From NCBI GenBank assembly GCA_018335035.1, contig JAGXKT010000007.1, positions 10,110 to 74,109 on the forward strand: a stretch of 64,000 bases of DNA, written 5' to 3'. Made by a program: the position numbers and the translations under genes. Below, piece after piece: positions 1 through 11,170 of the stretch. This DNA comes from Phycisphaerae bacterium. Lineage in GTDB: Bacteria; Planctomycetota; Phycisphaerae; SM23-33. The notes beneath the pieces were generated by a model that saw only the letters and a program-made list of their open reading frames with translations, made no database searches and had not been told where the DNA came from. Numbering within the stretch: position 1 is the first letter of the stretch; every line of letters begins with the position of its first letter.

Positions 1-612
1 GAATTCCTGTTGCCGGAGCACCTGTCTGGCGCCGCGGTGGAAAACGGAGGCCGCCTGCACCGCAGACTGAACCGTCGGGTCGTCGGGATAGTCGGCGCTG
101 ATCGCCCCGATGCGCTTCATATCCCGCTCTATGTGTGTCAAAATCAACTCCGGCGGCGGGTCGAAGCCGGGTTGCTTCCGTTGCGACTGGGCGAAAAGCC
201 CCTCGGCGAACGTCGAGACGTCTGTGTAATAGTCCATCGCGCGTGCACCGTCGCTCTCCGGCGAGCCGGGCAGACGGACGCCCACGATGTGCACCGTTCG
301 CCGGTAGTCCTGGTCGGGAACGCGCAGCAACCCGTACGTCTGAATGTACGGCGTGGCCGCCTCAACCTCCGGAACCTCCTGCTTGAGACGGGCGATGAAC
401 GCCTCGTAGTGTTCGATCCCGCCGTGGCTGGGCGAATAGACAATGATGTCCCCGCGCAACCCCTTGGCCGCTTCCTCGATCTTGTCGAGGAAGCCGTTCA
501 TCACGCTGATGACGATCAGCACCATCGCCACGCACAGCGCCACGCCGAGGATCGCGAAATACGCGATCAACCGGCTGCGGAGGTATCTCAGGCAAAGGAT
601 CAGCTTGTACAT
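1..612 (-). CDS. ABC transporter permease, FtsX/LolCE-MacB family (N-terminal part; 3' end lies off the left edge)
   Basis: Absent from the ORF track because there is no stop in the window. Hand translation from ATG (complement of 610-612) gives MYKLILCLRYLRSRLIAYFAILGVALCVAMVLIVISVMNGFLDKIEEAAKGLRGDIIVY... and stays open to base 1. This is the typical LolC/E N-terminal TM helix followed by a periplasmic domain. Confidence 0.7.
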   Translation of the reverse strand, partial: MYKLILCLRYLRSRLIAYFAILGVALCVAMVLIVISVMNGFLDKIEEAAKGLRGDIIVYSPSHGGIEHYEAFIARLKQEVPEVEAATPYIQTYGLLRVPDQDYRRTVHIVGVRLPGSPESDGARAMDYYTDVSTFAEGLFAQSQRKQPGFDPPPELILTHIERDMKRIGAISADYPDDPTVQSAVQAASVFHRGARQVLRQQEF

Positions 613-622
613 GGCTGTGAAT

Positions 623-715
623 TCGTTGACTCGTTGACTCGTTGACTCGTTGATTCGTTACCGCCGCGGTCGCGGATCGGTCGGGTACCCTTGGCGAATT
701 CAGGAGTTAACGAGT

Positions 716-729
<14 letters not shown>
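623..729. repeat. Inverted arrays of the 8-nt unit TCGTTGAC (4.75 direct copies at 623-660; 3 inverted copies at 706-729); long imperfect hairpin, possible lysS terminator or REP-like element
   Basis: Read directly: tcgttgac tcgttgac tcgttgac tcgttgat tcgtta ... gttaacga gttcacga gtcaacgg. The right arm overlaps the last codons and the TGA (716-718) of lysS. Each arm is preceded by GAATTC (619-624, 696-701). Confidence 0.7.
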
Positions 730-2437
<1,708 letters not shown>

Positions 2438-2623
2438 GGTTCACCTCGATTGGGGGGTCAAGCGTTGCATTGTCGCCAGCGGGAGCGGCAAGTCAAGGCG
2501 ACGCCGCGATCAACACCCGCCGTCTGCGGAAAGGACGGCGTTCGTGCGATGCTCAAGACGCGTTTGGAGGCGAGTTCGGAGACCGGAGGTCGCAGTTCGA
2601 AGAGCAACGGGCCGCGCCGTTCG

Positions 2624-2644
2624 TCGATCTTCGACCTTCGACCT
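2624..2644. repeat. Three tandem 7-nt units (TCGATCT TCGACCT TCGACCT) in the gcvT-lysS spacer
   Basis: Read directly and frame-checked against overlapping track ORF 1583..2731 (..SIFDLRPLH..). Same unit type as the repeats at 34561-34712 and 40826-40853. Confidence 0.6.
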
Positions 2645-2672
2645 CTGCATGCCCCTGTGTCGCTTGTCTTTG

Positions 2673-3767
2673 TCACGCGACGGAGGGCAGATCGGTCAGC
2701 CGGGCGGCGAGGGGCGTCTGGCCGACGGTGATGATCAGCTCCGCGGCGGGCTCCAGCGTGCGGGCGACGTGGGCCAGGGCGATCGGCCGGTCCAGCGCCG
2801 GTGAATACGTCCCGCTGGTGACGGTGCCGACCTCCCGCCCGGTCGCGTCCCGCACGGGCGAGCCGTGGCGGGGGATGGTTTGCGCCGCGTCGGGCTCGCA
2901 CAGGAGCCCGCCCAGGCGGCGGGGCGGCGGCTTGCGGCGATGTTCTTCCAGCGCCGCCCGCCCGATGAAGCCGTCGCGGTCCCAGTCGATGCGATCGTCG
3001 AGCCCGGCGGTCATGGGGTCGATCGTCTCGTTGATTTCGTGCCCGTAGCGGCAGCGCCCGGCCTCGATGCGCAACACGTCCAGCGCCGCCAGGCCGACCG
3101 GCGCCATGGCGTTGTCGCCGGCCTTGGCGGTCACGTACCGCCAGGCGCGTCCGGCCAGCATGCCCGGAACCTGCACGCACGCGCTCCACAGGCCGACGCC
3201 GTCGTCGCGGTCGGCGATGTAGCGGGCGACCATCAGCGAGCCGAACAGCACGTCGCCCGGTGTCAGCCCGCTGACGCGGAACGGCAGGACGGCGTCGAGC
3301 CGGCGGGGCGCGTCCGAGCCGGCGACGCGGACCATCGCCGTCTTGGCGGTCTGGTCGTCCACCTTCGCACCGTGCTCGTCGCACAGCGCCTGCAGGTGGG
3401 CCAGGACCTTCTCGCGGCACAGCGGGCTGGTCAGCAGCACCCAGAACCGCTCCAGGCGGATCAGCCGGGCCGCGTCCAGAATGCCCGCCTGCTCGGTCAG
3501 CAGGAGGGTATCGGCGGCGGTGTTGTCCTCCATGTGCGCCACGTCGTGCGTGCAGACCCGCTCCAGCAACCCCAGCGCCCCGTCGCCGCGGATGCGAATC
3601 CGCCCGACGTGCGAGCAGTCCGCCACGCCGGCCGAGCCGCGCACGCGCGAGGCCTCGCCCACCGCGTCGCCGTAGCTGATCGGCATCAGCCGACCCGCCT
3701 CGTCGGCGAGCTTCGCCTCGGCCGCGACGTGCGCGTCGTGCAACGGGGTGTGTGTCGGTTCGGTCAT
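2673..3767 (-). CDS. gcvT: Aminomethyltransferase, glycine-cleavage T-protein family
   Basis: 364 aa. The N-terminus TPLHDAHVAAEAKLADEAGRLMPISYGD and the C-terminal GTVTSGTYSPALDRPIALAHV barrel are typical of the GcvT/YgfZ folate-binding fold. No gcvH or gcvP lies adjacent. Confidence 0.75.
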   Translation of the reverse strand: MTEPTHTPLHDAHVAAEAKLADEAGRLMPISYGDAVGEASRVRGSAGVADCSHVGRIRIRGDGALGLLERVCTHDVAHMEDNTAADTLLLTEQAGILDAARLIRLERFWVLLTSPLCREKVLAHLQALCDEHGAKVDDQTAKTAMVRVAGSDAPRRLDAVLPFRVSGLTPGDVLFGSLMVARYIADRDDGVGLWSACVQVPGMLAGRAWRYVTAKAGDNAMAPVGLAALDVLRIEAGRCRYGHEINETIDPMTAGLDDRIDWDRDGFIGRAALEEHRRKPPPRRLGGLLCEPDAAQTIPRHGSPVRDATGREVGTVTSGTYSPALDRPIALAHVARTLEPAAELIITVGQTPLAARLTDLPSVA

Positions 3768-3772
3768 GGGCT

Positions 3773-6160
3773 CTACCGGCCTCGTTGCGTGCGTTTGCGC
3801 TTTCGGGAGCCGCCCTTGGCCTTTGACTTTCCTGCGGGTTTGCTCTCTCGCGCGCCCTTCTTCGAACGGCTATTTGCAGGTCTTGGCTTGCCTTTTCGCG
3901 AGCCGCGCTTCGCGCCGCCCTTGGATTGCTCTTTTCTCTTGCCTTTGCGCGAGCTTCTCTTCGAACCGCCTCTTTTTCCTTTGGGCTTTCCCTTGGGCGT
4001 GCCGTTCGGTGTCGTTGGCTTCTTCTTCGCGCCTTTCTGCTCCGGTGCGGGGTTGAGGTCCAGCTCCCGGCGCGAGACGTCGACGTTGGCGATGACCACG
4101 CGCATCGCGTCGCCGATGCGGTGGGTCCTCCCGGTGCGCTCGCCGCGGATGCGCCCGTAGCGGGCGTCGACCTCCCACCAGTCGTCGCCGAGGTGCTCCA
4201 GGCGGATCAGCCCCTCGATGCCGTACGGCTCGACGCGCACGAACACGCCGAAGTTCGTCACGCCCGTCAGCGCCCCGTCGTAGACCTCGCCGACCTTGTC
4301 GGCAAGGTACCGCAGGATCAGCACTTCCTTGACCTCGTTCTCGGCGTGCTCGGCGCGGTTCTCGGCCGCGGTGCAGTCCTCGCCCAGCCGGACCAGGGCG
4401 GGCACGTCCTCCGGCGGGCGCTCGTCCAGCCGCCCGCGGCAGTACGCGCTGAGCATGCGGTGGACGGTCAGGTCCGGGTAGCGGCGGATGGGGCTGGTGA
4501 AGTGGCAGTAGCAGTCGCTGGCCAGGGCGTAATGCCCGATCCGCATGGGGGAGTACTCGGCCTGCTGGAACAGCCGCAGCACGGCGAGGTTGACGGGGAA
4601 GCTCTCGGGCTTTCCCTGGACGGATTCGAGCAGTTGCTGGATGTCCTTTCGGCCCATGTCGCGGGGCAGTTTGTGCCCCGCCGCCCGGACGAACGAGCGG
4701 AGCTGCCCCTCGCCGGACGGGTCCGGCGCCGGGTGCACGCGCCGCAGGATGGGCCGGTCCAGGCGCTCGAACAGCCGGGCGACGGCCTCGTTGGCCTCGA
4801 CCATGAACATCTCGATGATCGTGTGCGTGTAGGCCGTGTCGGCCGGCTCGACGCCCGCGATGCGGTGCTGGTCATCGAGGACCAGCTCGACCTCGGGCAG
4901 GTCGAGGTGGATCATCCCGGCCTGGCGGCGGCGGGCCTCGATCCGCCGGGCCAGGGCGTCCATCCGCTTGACCAGCGCGACGACCGCGTCGTCAAACCCG
5001 CCGGTCTTGCCGTCACAGATGCCCTGGGCCTCGGCGTAGGTGAGGCGCTTGTTCGATTGGATCACGCTTTCGCAGAAGCGGCTTTCGACGGGCTCGGCCT
5101 TATCGTTGTATGTGATGAACACGCTCTTGGCGAAGCGCTTGACGCCTTCCTGGAGCGAGCAGACGCCGTTGGACAGCACCTCCGGAAGCATCGGCAGCAC
5201 GCGCGTGGGGAAGTAGACGCTCGTGCCGCGCTGCTTGGCCTCGTCGTCCAGCGCCCCGCCGGGGCGGACGAAGTGCGCCACGTCGGCGATGTGTACGCCC
5301 AGCGTGACGCGCCCGTCGGGTTCCTGCGTGACGCTGATCGCGTCGTCGAAATCGCGGGCGCTCGGCGGGTCGATCGTCGCGATCGTCAGGTCGGTCAGGT
5401 CCTCGCGCCCCTCGTCCGCGTCCGCGTCGAACGCCTCCACGCTCGCACGGGCTTCCTGCAGCGCGGCTTCGCGGTAGTCCTCGGCCAGGCCGTAGGCGCG
5501 GATCACGCCGCGGGTCTCGACCTCGGCCGGACCGGACGGACCGAGCACCTCGACGACCGCGCCGGCGGGCAGTTGCCCGGGCTCGGGATACTGGGTGATC
5601 TCGACGACGACCTTGCTGCCGGCGCCCGGGGTGGGGCTGGGCAGGTCGCGGACGATGATCGGCGTGGTGAAGCCGCTGCCGTCGGGCAGGACGAACCATT
5701 TGTCCTCGGTCTGCTGCAGTTCGCCGACGAAGCGGCTGCTGCCGCGCTGGAGGACCTTGACGATCTGTCCGGCGCAGCTCGGCCCGCCGGATCGCCCCCG
5801 GCGCCCGCGCTGGCGAACGCGCGCCAGCACGCGGTCGCCCGTCATCGCGCCGCCGGCGGCGTCGGCCGGGATGAACAGGTCCCCGTGGGCGGTGGGGCGC
5901 TCCGGCACGACGAAGCCGAAGCCCTTGGGCTTTCGGCGGAACGTGCCAATGACCCGCTTGCCCATCTCCGGAAGCGTCAGGGCGTTCTTCTCACCGAGGA
6001 CGACGTGCCCGCTGTCGCGCAGCTCCTTGACGGCCTGGCGGAACGTGCCGTAGTCGGCCTCGGCGATGCCGAGGATGCGGGCCAGGCGCTTCGGCTTCAC
6101 CGGCTGGGTGTTCCGGTCGCCCAGGTACTTCAAAATGGCTTCAACATAGCGTTCGGGCAT
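3773..6160 (-). CDS. rnr: Ribonuclease R (RNB family exoribonuclease) with a long Lys/Arg-rich C-terminal tail
   Basis: 795 aa. Contains cold-shock/OB domains, an RNB core (DPPSARDFDDAISV, FTSPIRRYPDL), an S1 domain (GVFVRVEPYGIEGLIRLEHL) and a basic tail of about 90 aa. ATG with a GAGGTG Shine-Dalgarno sequence. Confidence 0.93.
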   Translation of the reverse strand: MPERYVEAILKYLGDRNTQPVKPKRLARILGIAEADYGTFRQAVKELRDSGHVVLGEKNALTLPEMGKRVIGTFRRKPKGFGFVVPERPTAHGDLFIPADAAGGAMTGDRVLARVRQRGRRGRSGGPSCAGQIVKVLQRGSSRFVGELQQTEDKWFVLPDGSGFTTPIIVRDLPSPTPGAGSKVVVEITQYPEPGQLPAGAVVEVLGPSGPAEVETRGVIRAYGLAEDYREAALQEARASVEAFDADADEGREDLTDLTIATIDPPSARDFDDAISVTQEPDGRVTLGVHIADVAHFVRPGGALDDEAKQRGTSVYFPTRVLPMLPEVLSNGVCSLQEGVKRFAKSVFITYNDKAEPVESRFCESVIQSNKRLTYAEAQGICDGKTGGFDDAVVALVKRMDALARRIEARRRQAGMIHLDLPEVELVLDDQHRIAGVEPADTAYTHTIIEMFMVEANEAVARLFERLDRPILRRVHPAPDPSGEGQLRSFVRAAGHKLPRDMGRKDIQQLLESVQGKPESFPVNLAVLRLFQQAEYSPMRIGHYALASDCYCHFTSPIRRYPDLTVHRMLSAYCRGRLDERPPEDVPALVRLGEDCTAAENRAEHAENEVKEVLILRYLADKVGEVYDGALTGVTNFGVFVRVEPYGIEGLIRLEHLGDDWWEVDARYGRIRGERTGRTHRIGDAMRVVIANVDVSRRELDLNPAPEQKGAKKKPTTPNGTPKGKPKGKRGGSKRSSRKGKRKEQSKGGAKRGSRKGKPRPANSRSKKGARESKPAGKSKAKGGSRKRKRTQRGR

Positions 6161-6231
6161 CTCTCACCTCGTCAGAAGGGTAGCACCTTGGGCGGGACAT
6201 GGATACGCCCGGGACGGAATCGGTCGGTGGG

Positions 6232-9200
6232 CTACCGGCCGGCATTGCGGTCGCTGAGGCGCCGGTAGTACTGTTGCAGCGCGTCGCGGTAGGCGGCGGG
6301 CAGCTCGCCGCCGGACGCGTCGGAGATGTCGGCTTGCACGCGCTTGGGCATGCCGCCGGCCGTGTCGACGGTCACGTCCGCCTGCCCCGACAGGGCCGTC
6401 TGCGTCTGCCGAAGCACGCGGATTGTCCTATCGTGCGTTCGCAGCGCATTGCGGTAGCGGCGGTGAGCCAGGTCGTCTCGAACGCGGTTCATGAGCGTGA
6501 TCGCCTCGAGGAACTTGAAGCCGGCGTAGTCCCCGACCTGAAACCTCGCCTGGATGCGCTCGGCACGGTTGACGATGACCGCCTGCTTGCCTGCCAGGCG
6601 TTCGAGTTGCTCGGCCTGCGGCGGCGGGACCGGGCCTTCCAGCCCTTCGGCGCCGGCGCCGGAGAGCTTGCCGCCGCCGGTCGCCCCGCCCGGCGGGTCG
6701 GTAGAGCTATCGTCGACCTGCCCGGCCTGGTACGGATCGCCCGTCAGCCGCGTCGGCGTTCGCCGCCCGCCCTTGCCGACGGCCTCGTCCTGGACGAACT
6801 CGCCGCTGCTTTTGCCCGTGCGGCCCTCGCCGCTCCGTCCGGACAGCTCGCTGGTGTTCGGCAACTGGTTGCCGGTGACGCCCTGGGCGTTCATGTTGCT
6901 GATGGGCCCGTCCAGCGCGTCCCAGCCGATGGCCTCATCGCCGCTGATCATGTACGTGCTTGTGATGTCCTGCATTTCATCGAACAGCGCTTCTTCCTGC
7001 TCAAGCAGATCGCCGACGAGGTCCTCCAGCTCGGTCGGAAGTTCCGGCTGCTCGATGGCCTCTTCGCCGTCCGGCGGGGCTTCCATCACCCATTGCTCGC
7101 GGTCGGGCGTGTCCGGCAGCCACTTTTCGATGTTGGCCGTCAGCGTCTCGGCGTTCTCGATGCCGTTGTTCTCGAAGGCCGTGGCGATCTCGACGGCCTT
7201 CTGCTCCAGCGCGTCGGCCGCCATCGTCACGTCGTGGCGGATGCTCATCAACTCGGCCAGCATCGCCGGGTTGGCAAAGTCCTGCTCGGCGAGCTTGGAC
7301 AGGTCGGCCACCTGCTCATCGAGGAATGTTTCCCATTTGTCCTGGACGGCTTTGAGCGCGTCCAGCAACTCGGCCTGGGCGTCGGTGAAGTCGTCGACCG
7401 GCGTCTTGGCGAGTTTGCGCTGCGCCTCGACGACCTTTCGCTGCTCGTCGATGAAGCGTTCGAGTTCGGCCTTGAGCTCGGCGAGCGTGTCGTGCACGTC
7501 GGCCGGCAGGTCGTCGCCGGGCGTCTCGGGCGCCTTGCGGCCGGCCAGCGAGGGCATGATCGCCAGCATCCGCTCCAGCGCGTCGATTACGTCCTCCTGC
7601 GTCTCGCCCAGAGGCCCGCAGGCCTCGCCGCGACCGGGGAGGGCATCGAGCCCCTCGACGACGCGGGCCTGGGCGATCGCCAGGTGCGCTTCGTCGGCGG
7701 CGAGATCGCCAATCGCCCCGCGCAGGGCGACCATCTCGCTATCGAAGTCGAACGTGTCGGCCAGCTCTGACAGGCCCATTTTGATCCGCTGTTGTCCTCG
7801 GACGATTTGTCCGCCGAACGACCGGACGGCGTCCAGCGCCTCGGCCTGCCGCGCCAGAGCGGTGTTCAGCCGCTGGGCCTGCTGCTGGGCGAGAATCGCC
7901 AGCAGCCGCCGGCGCAGGGCGTCGTAGCGGCGGGCCTTCTCGGCCGCCAGGCGGGTCGCATCCTGCACGCGAATCTCGTAGCGTCGCGACTGCGCGGTTT
8001 GCGGGCCACCGACGCCGGGAAGATGACGGTTGTCGGTGGCCGTGGCGTAATAGACGAACGTATCACCCTCAGCGGCGTCGGCGGGCAGGGCGAACGTGTA
8101 GCTCAACCGCTGTGCTCCGGGCCCCTCCAGCGGGACGCTGTGCACGCGCTGCGGCTCGGCGCCCTTGCGTCCGGTGTAGAATGCCGCCTCCGTGAGTCCG
8201 TGGTCGTCCGAGACGGCGATGCGCGTCTCCAGCGACGCTCCGACGGCGACGGGCACGTCTTGGGCGGGATGCTGGAACGTCACGCGCGGCGGGGCGTCCG
8301 GGACGGCGCGGATCGGATACGCCGATCCGTCGGCCGGTGCCTCCAGGCGGATGTCCCCGTCGGCGTCATGGACCTCCACGCGATATCCGCCATCGGCGCG
8401 GACAACGAACCCGGCGTGCAGCGCGGTGCTGCGCGAGCCGGCACGAAGCACAACGGACTGGCCGTTCAGCCGCAGTACGGCCGCGGGCACCGGCGCCGTC
8501 AGGCGCACCGTCAGCGTTACCTTCGTGCCGATCGGCACGCGAAGCCCGCGGTCGCCTTCGGCGACGTCGTAGAGCGCTTCGTCGGTCCGGCCGAGGTAGT
8601 CCGGGTAGTCCAGCGCCAGGTCGATGCCCTCGAAATCCACCACGCGCAGCATAAAGAAGTCGTCGGCATCGGTCGGCCGCCGTCGGCCGCCGGCCAGGAC
8701 CGCGTACGGCAGGGCATCCTGCGCCGCCGACGTCAAGACGCCGGTCAATTTCAGCGCGCCCTCGCGCAGGCGGGCGTCGCCGAGGGGCAGCGTTCGCCCG
8801 TTCCGCAGAGCGATGCGCGGCTCGAGCCGCGCCACGAGCGCGGCGAGGCGCGTGCTGGCGTCGTCCGGCGATTCGGCGGGCGCCGGCGAGGACAGGGCGG
8901 CCACCTCGGCGCCGCCGACCAACGCGGAAACCTTCACGCGGTCGCCGGGGAACACGACGGCATTCCCGGGCCCGACGCCGAGCAGGTCGATGTCCGCGCC
9001 GGAGCGCGCCGATGCTCCCGGCGCGTCCGCCCCGAGCAGAACGGCTCCGAGGCCGCGCCCGAGCGGGCCCGGCTGAAACGCGGCAAACGCCAGCAGCGCT
9101 GCGACGGCAAGCCCGGCCGCCAGAATCGCCTTGCGGCAGCGGGCGGCGCTGACGCTGGCCGACAGGTCGGTCGCCTCGGCGCGGCGGCTGGCTTCGGACA

Positions 9201-9597
9201 GGGCGCCGCCGACCAGTTCGGGGCTGGGCTGGTCGCGATCGTCGACCAGCAGCACGGCGTTGATCAGGTCGTTGCGCAGCGAGGGGATGCGCTGCTCGAC
9301 GAATCGGGCCGTTTGCGCCGTGTTCTGCCGCCACAGAACGGCTCGCAGCACGAACCACGCCAACGCCGCGCCCACCGCGCCGCCGCCGGCCGCGCGAAGC
9401 CACCACAACAGCGTGCCCGCGTTGCCGACGTAACCAGCGATTGCGCCGGTCGCCAGGAGGCAGGTCAGCACGACGGTGACGGTGACGGCGGCGCCGGTCA
9501 GGACGCGGAACGTCCACCGGCGGGCCTGAACGGCGGCGAGCTTCCGCAGGAGCGTCTCGACGGCAGGAAGACGGCGTTGTGGTTGCAGCGTGGTCAT
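6232..9597 (-). CDS. Large membrane-anchored protein of unknown function (N-terminal TM helices, acidic coiled central and C-terminal region)
   Basis: 1121 aa with coding-like composition. Has 3-4 N-terminal hydrophobic helices, long Glu/Asp/Leu-rich helical stretches and a Gly/Ser-rich linker. The C-terminus ends ..ELPAAYRDALQQYYRRLSD. No catalytic motif was recognised. Confidence 0.75.
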   Translation of the reverse strand: MTTLQPQRRLPAVETLLRKLAAVQARRWTFRVLTGAAVTVTVVLTCLLATGAIAGYVGNAGTLLWWLRAAGGGAVGAALAWFVLRAVLWRQNTAQTARFVEQRIPSLRNDLINAVLLVDDRDQPSPELVGGALSEASRRAEATDLSASVSAARCRKAILAAGLAVAALLAFAAFQPGPLGRGLGAVLLGADAPGASARSGADIDLLGVGPGNAVVFPGDRVKVSALVGGAEVAALSSPAPAESPDDASTRLAALVARLEPRIALRNGRTLPLGDARLREGALKLTGVLTSAAQDALPYAVLAGGRRRPTDADDFFMLRVVDFEGIDLALDYPDYLGRTDEALYDVAEGDRGLRVPIGTKVTLTVRLTAPVPAAVLRLNGQSVVLRAGSRSTALHAGFVVRADGGYRVEVHDADGDIRLEAPADGSAYPIRAVPDAPPRVTFQHPAQDVPVAVGASLETRIAVSDDHGLTEAAFYTGRKGAEPQRVHSVPLEGPGAQRLSYTFALPADAAEGDTFVYYATATDNRHLPGVGGPQTAQSRRYEIRVQDATRLAAEKARRYDALRRRLLAILAQQQAQRLNTALARQAEALDAVRSFGGQIVRGQQRIKMGLSELADTFDFDSEMVALRGAIGDLAADEAHLAIAQARVVEGLDALPGRGEACGPLGETQEDVIDALERMLAIMPSLAGRKAPETPGDDLPADVHDTLAELKAELERFIDEQRKVVEAQRKLAKTPVDDFTDAQAELLDALKAVQDKWETFLDEQVADLSKLAEQDFANPAMLAELMSIRHDVTMAADALEQKAVEIATAFENNGIENAETLTANIEKWLPDTPDREQWVMEAPPDGEEAIEQPELPTELEDLVGDLLEQEEALFDEMQDITSTYMISGDEAIGWDALDGPISNMNAQGVTGNQLPNTSELSGRSGEGRTGKSSGEFVQDEAVGKGGRRTPTRLTGDPYQAGQVDDSSTDPPGGATGGGKLSGAGAEGLEGPVPPPQAEQLERLAGKQAVIVNRAERIQARFQVGDYAGFKFLEAITLMNRVRDDLAHRRYRNALRTHDRTIRVLRQTQTALSGQADVTVDTAGGMPKRVQADISDASGGELPAAYRDALQQYYRRLSDRNAGR

Positions 9598-9697
9598 GCC
9601 CGAATCCTCGGTCCGCGCCTATGATATCGCCGTGTGCTGCGACCTCCTCCATGAAAACCGCCGTGCCCGGCGAGGTGTCGGGTCAATCCGCGCGATA

Positions 9698-9729
9698 CAA
9701 AGCCCACGCAATACAGAGCGCGGGCTTTG
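9698..9729 (-). terminator. Hairpin downstream of the citrate-synthase-like gene (CAAAGCCC..GGGCTTTG)
   Basis: 8-bp perfect outer stem (9698-9705 / 9722-9729) with inner CGC/GCG pairs. It lies 42 nt after the stop at 9771. On the minus strand the stem is followed by UUUGUAU. Confidence 0.4.
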
Positions 9730-9770
9730 ATTGAAGCGCATCGTTTTGAAGTCCGGGCAATCGCGCCGCC

Positions 9771-11093
9771 TCATTGCTCTCCGAACGCCTCTGCGTAGCG
9801 GGCGTGCATTTCCTCGTCGCTGATGGCCGTGGTCCGCCCGCTTTCGTACTCGGCGTCGACCCATTCGCGGATTTTCGCCAGCCGCGGGTCGTCCTTGGCG
9901 ACGTTGCCGCCGTAGTACCGTTCGATCCAGTGCTTGATGCCGGCCGCGCCCGATTTGTCCGTGATCGCCACGCCCATCGGGCGGTTGAGCACCTTCTGCG
10001 TGTTGAACGGGCTGTAGATTTCCTCGCTCTTGAGCAGCCCGTCGGCATGGATGCCGGCGCGCGTGGTGTTGAAGTCCCGTCCGACCAGTGGATAGCCGTG
10101 GGGGATGTTCACGCCGAGTTTGTCGCGGTAGTAGCTGGCGATCTCGGTAATCACAGGGTAGTTGACGCGCTCGTCTTGTCCGCGGAACTGGGCCGCCTCG
10201 ACGACCATCGCGCCGATCGGGCTGTTGCCGGTCCGCTCGCCGAGTCCCAGCAGCGTGCCGTTGCACGCCGCACAGCCGTACAGCCACGCGGTGGCGGGGT
10301 TGATCAGCACCTTGTGGAAGTCGTTGTGTCCGTGCCAGCTCAACAACTCGCCCGGCACGCCGGCGTCGTGGGTCATGGCGTGGACGATCTTCGGCACGGA
10401 GCGCGGTAGCTTGGCGTGGTCCCACGGCACGCCAAAGCCCATCGTGTCGCACAGGCGGATCTTGACGTCCCGACCGTACTCGTCGCGCAGTTTCATCAGC
10501 TCGATCGCGAACGGCACTACGAACCCGTAGATGTCCGCTCGCGTGAGGTCCTCAAAATGGCACCGCGGCACGATGCCGGCGTCCAGCGCCGCCCGGGCGA
10601 TGTCCAGGTACAGCTCCATCGCCTGGCGGCGGGTCTTCTTGAGCTTCAGGAAGATGTGATAATCGCTGCAACTGGTCAAGATGCCCGTCTCGGGCAGGTC
10701 CATCTCCTTGACCAGCTTGAAGTCGTTCTTGACCGCGCGAATCCAGCCGGTGACCCGCGGATACTCGAACCCCAGCGACCGGCAGCGATCCACCGCGTCG
10801 CGGTCCTTCTTGGAATACAGGAAGAACTCGCTCTGACGGATCAGCCCGCTTCCGCCGTCGAGTTTGTGCTCCAGCGTGAACAGGTCCACGATCTCCTCGA
10901 CGGTATACGGCGGTCGCGCCTGCTGACCGTCGCGGAAGGTCGTGTCCGTAATGCAGAGGTCCTTCGCCGGCGCCATCGCGACGCCCGCATCCTCAAACAG
11001 CACCCGCGGAAGCGTCTCGTAGGGAAACTGCTCGCGGAACAGGTTCGGTTCCTCAATATCGGCCAGCTCGTAGCGTGTCTCAGTCTGCGTCAC
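9771..11093 (-). CDS. DRE-TIM aldolase family, homocitrate / 2-isopropylmalate synthase-like; best fit is Re-citrate synthase-like
   Basis: 440 aa. Shows ITDTTFRDGQQ, HFEDLTRAD and HGHNDF metal/substrate motifs. The length and the lack of a LeuA regulatory domain resemble the Clostridium kluyveri-type Re-citrate synthase clade. GTG start. Confidence 0.6.
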   Translation of the reverse strand: MTQTETRYELADIEEPNLFREQFPYETLPRVLFEDAGVAMAPAKDLCITDTTFRDGQQARPPYTVEEIVDLFTLEHKLDGGSGLIRQSEFFLYSKKDRDAVDRCRSLGFEYPRVTGWIRAVKNDFKLVKEMDLPETGILTSCSDYHIFLKLKKTRRQAMELYLDIARAALDAGIVPRCHFEDLTRADIYGFVVPFAIELMKLRDEYGRDVKIRLCDTMGFGVPWDHAKLPRSVPKIVHAMTHDAGVPGELLSWHGHNDFHKVLINPATAWLYGCAACNGTLLGLGERTGNSPIGAMVVEAAQFRGQDERVNYPVITEIASYYRDKLGVNIPHGYPLVGRDFNTTRAGIHADGLLKSEEIYSPFNTQKVLNRPMGVAITDKSGAAGIKHWIERYYGGNVAKDDPRLAKIREWVDAEYESGRTTAISDEEMHARYAEAFGEQ

Positions 11094-11143
11094 GGGGTTG
11101 ATCCCTTTCAGCTCCGGGCAAGACGCCCCGGCACCGGCGATTC

Positions 11144-11170
11144 AAAAAATGGCGCCGCTCGGCCGGCGCC
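11144..11170 (-). terminator. Rho-independent-type terminator after marC
   Basis: Plus strand reads AAAAAAT GGCGCCG ctcggc CGGCGCC. On the minus strand this is a 7-bp GC stem followed by AUUUUUUGAA. It lies between the marC stop (11334) and the next gene's start (11093). Confidence 0.55.

Noticed and set aside
1-6. GAATTC at the very first bases (possible cloning-site boundary)
   Set aside because: EcoRI sites also occur at several internal positions, for example 619, 696 and near 28380, 28446, 34630 and 63849. The terminal site is probably coincidental.
10-645. 211-aa plus-strand ORF at the left edge
   Set aside because: It starts at TTG and is Arg/Leu/Val-rich with no motifs. The opposite strand gives an uninterrupted, clearly FtsX/LolCE-like permease N-terminus, so this ORF is an antisense shadow.
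623-660. Possible CRISPR array or minisatellite
   Set aside because: The units are only 8 nt with no spacers, and no cas genes are in the window. The feature is better explained as a hairpin-forming short tandem repeat.
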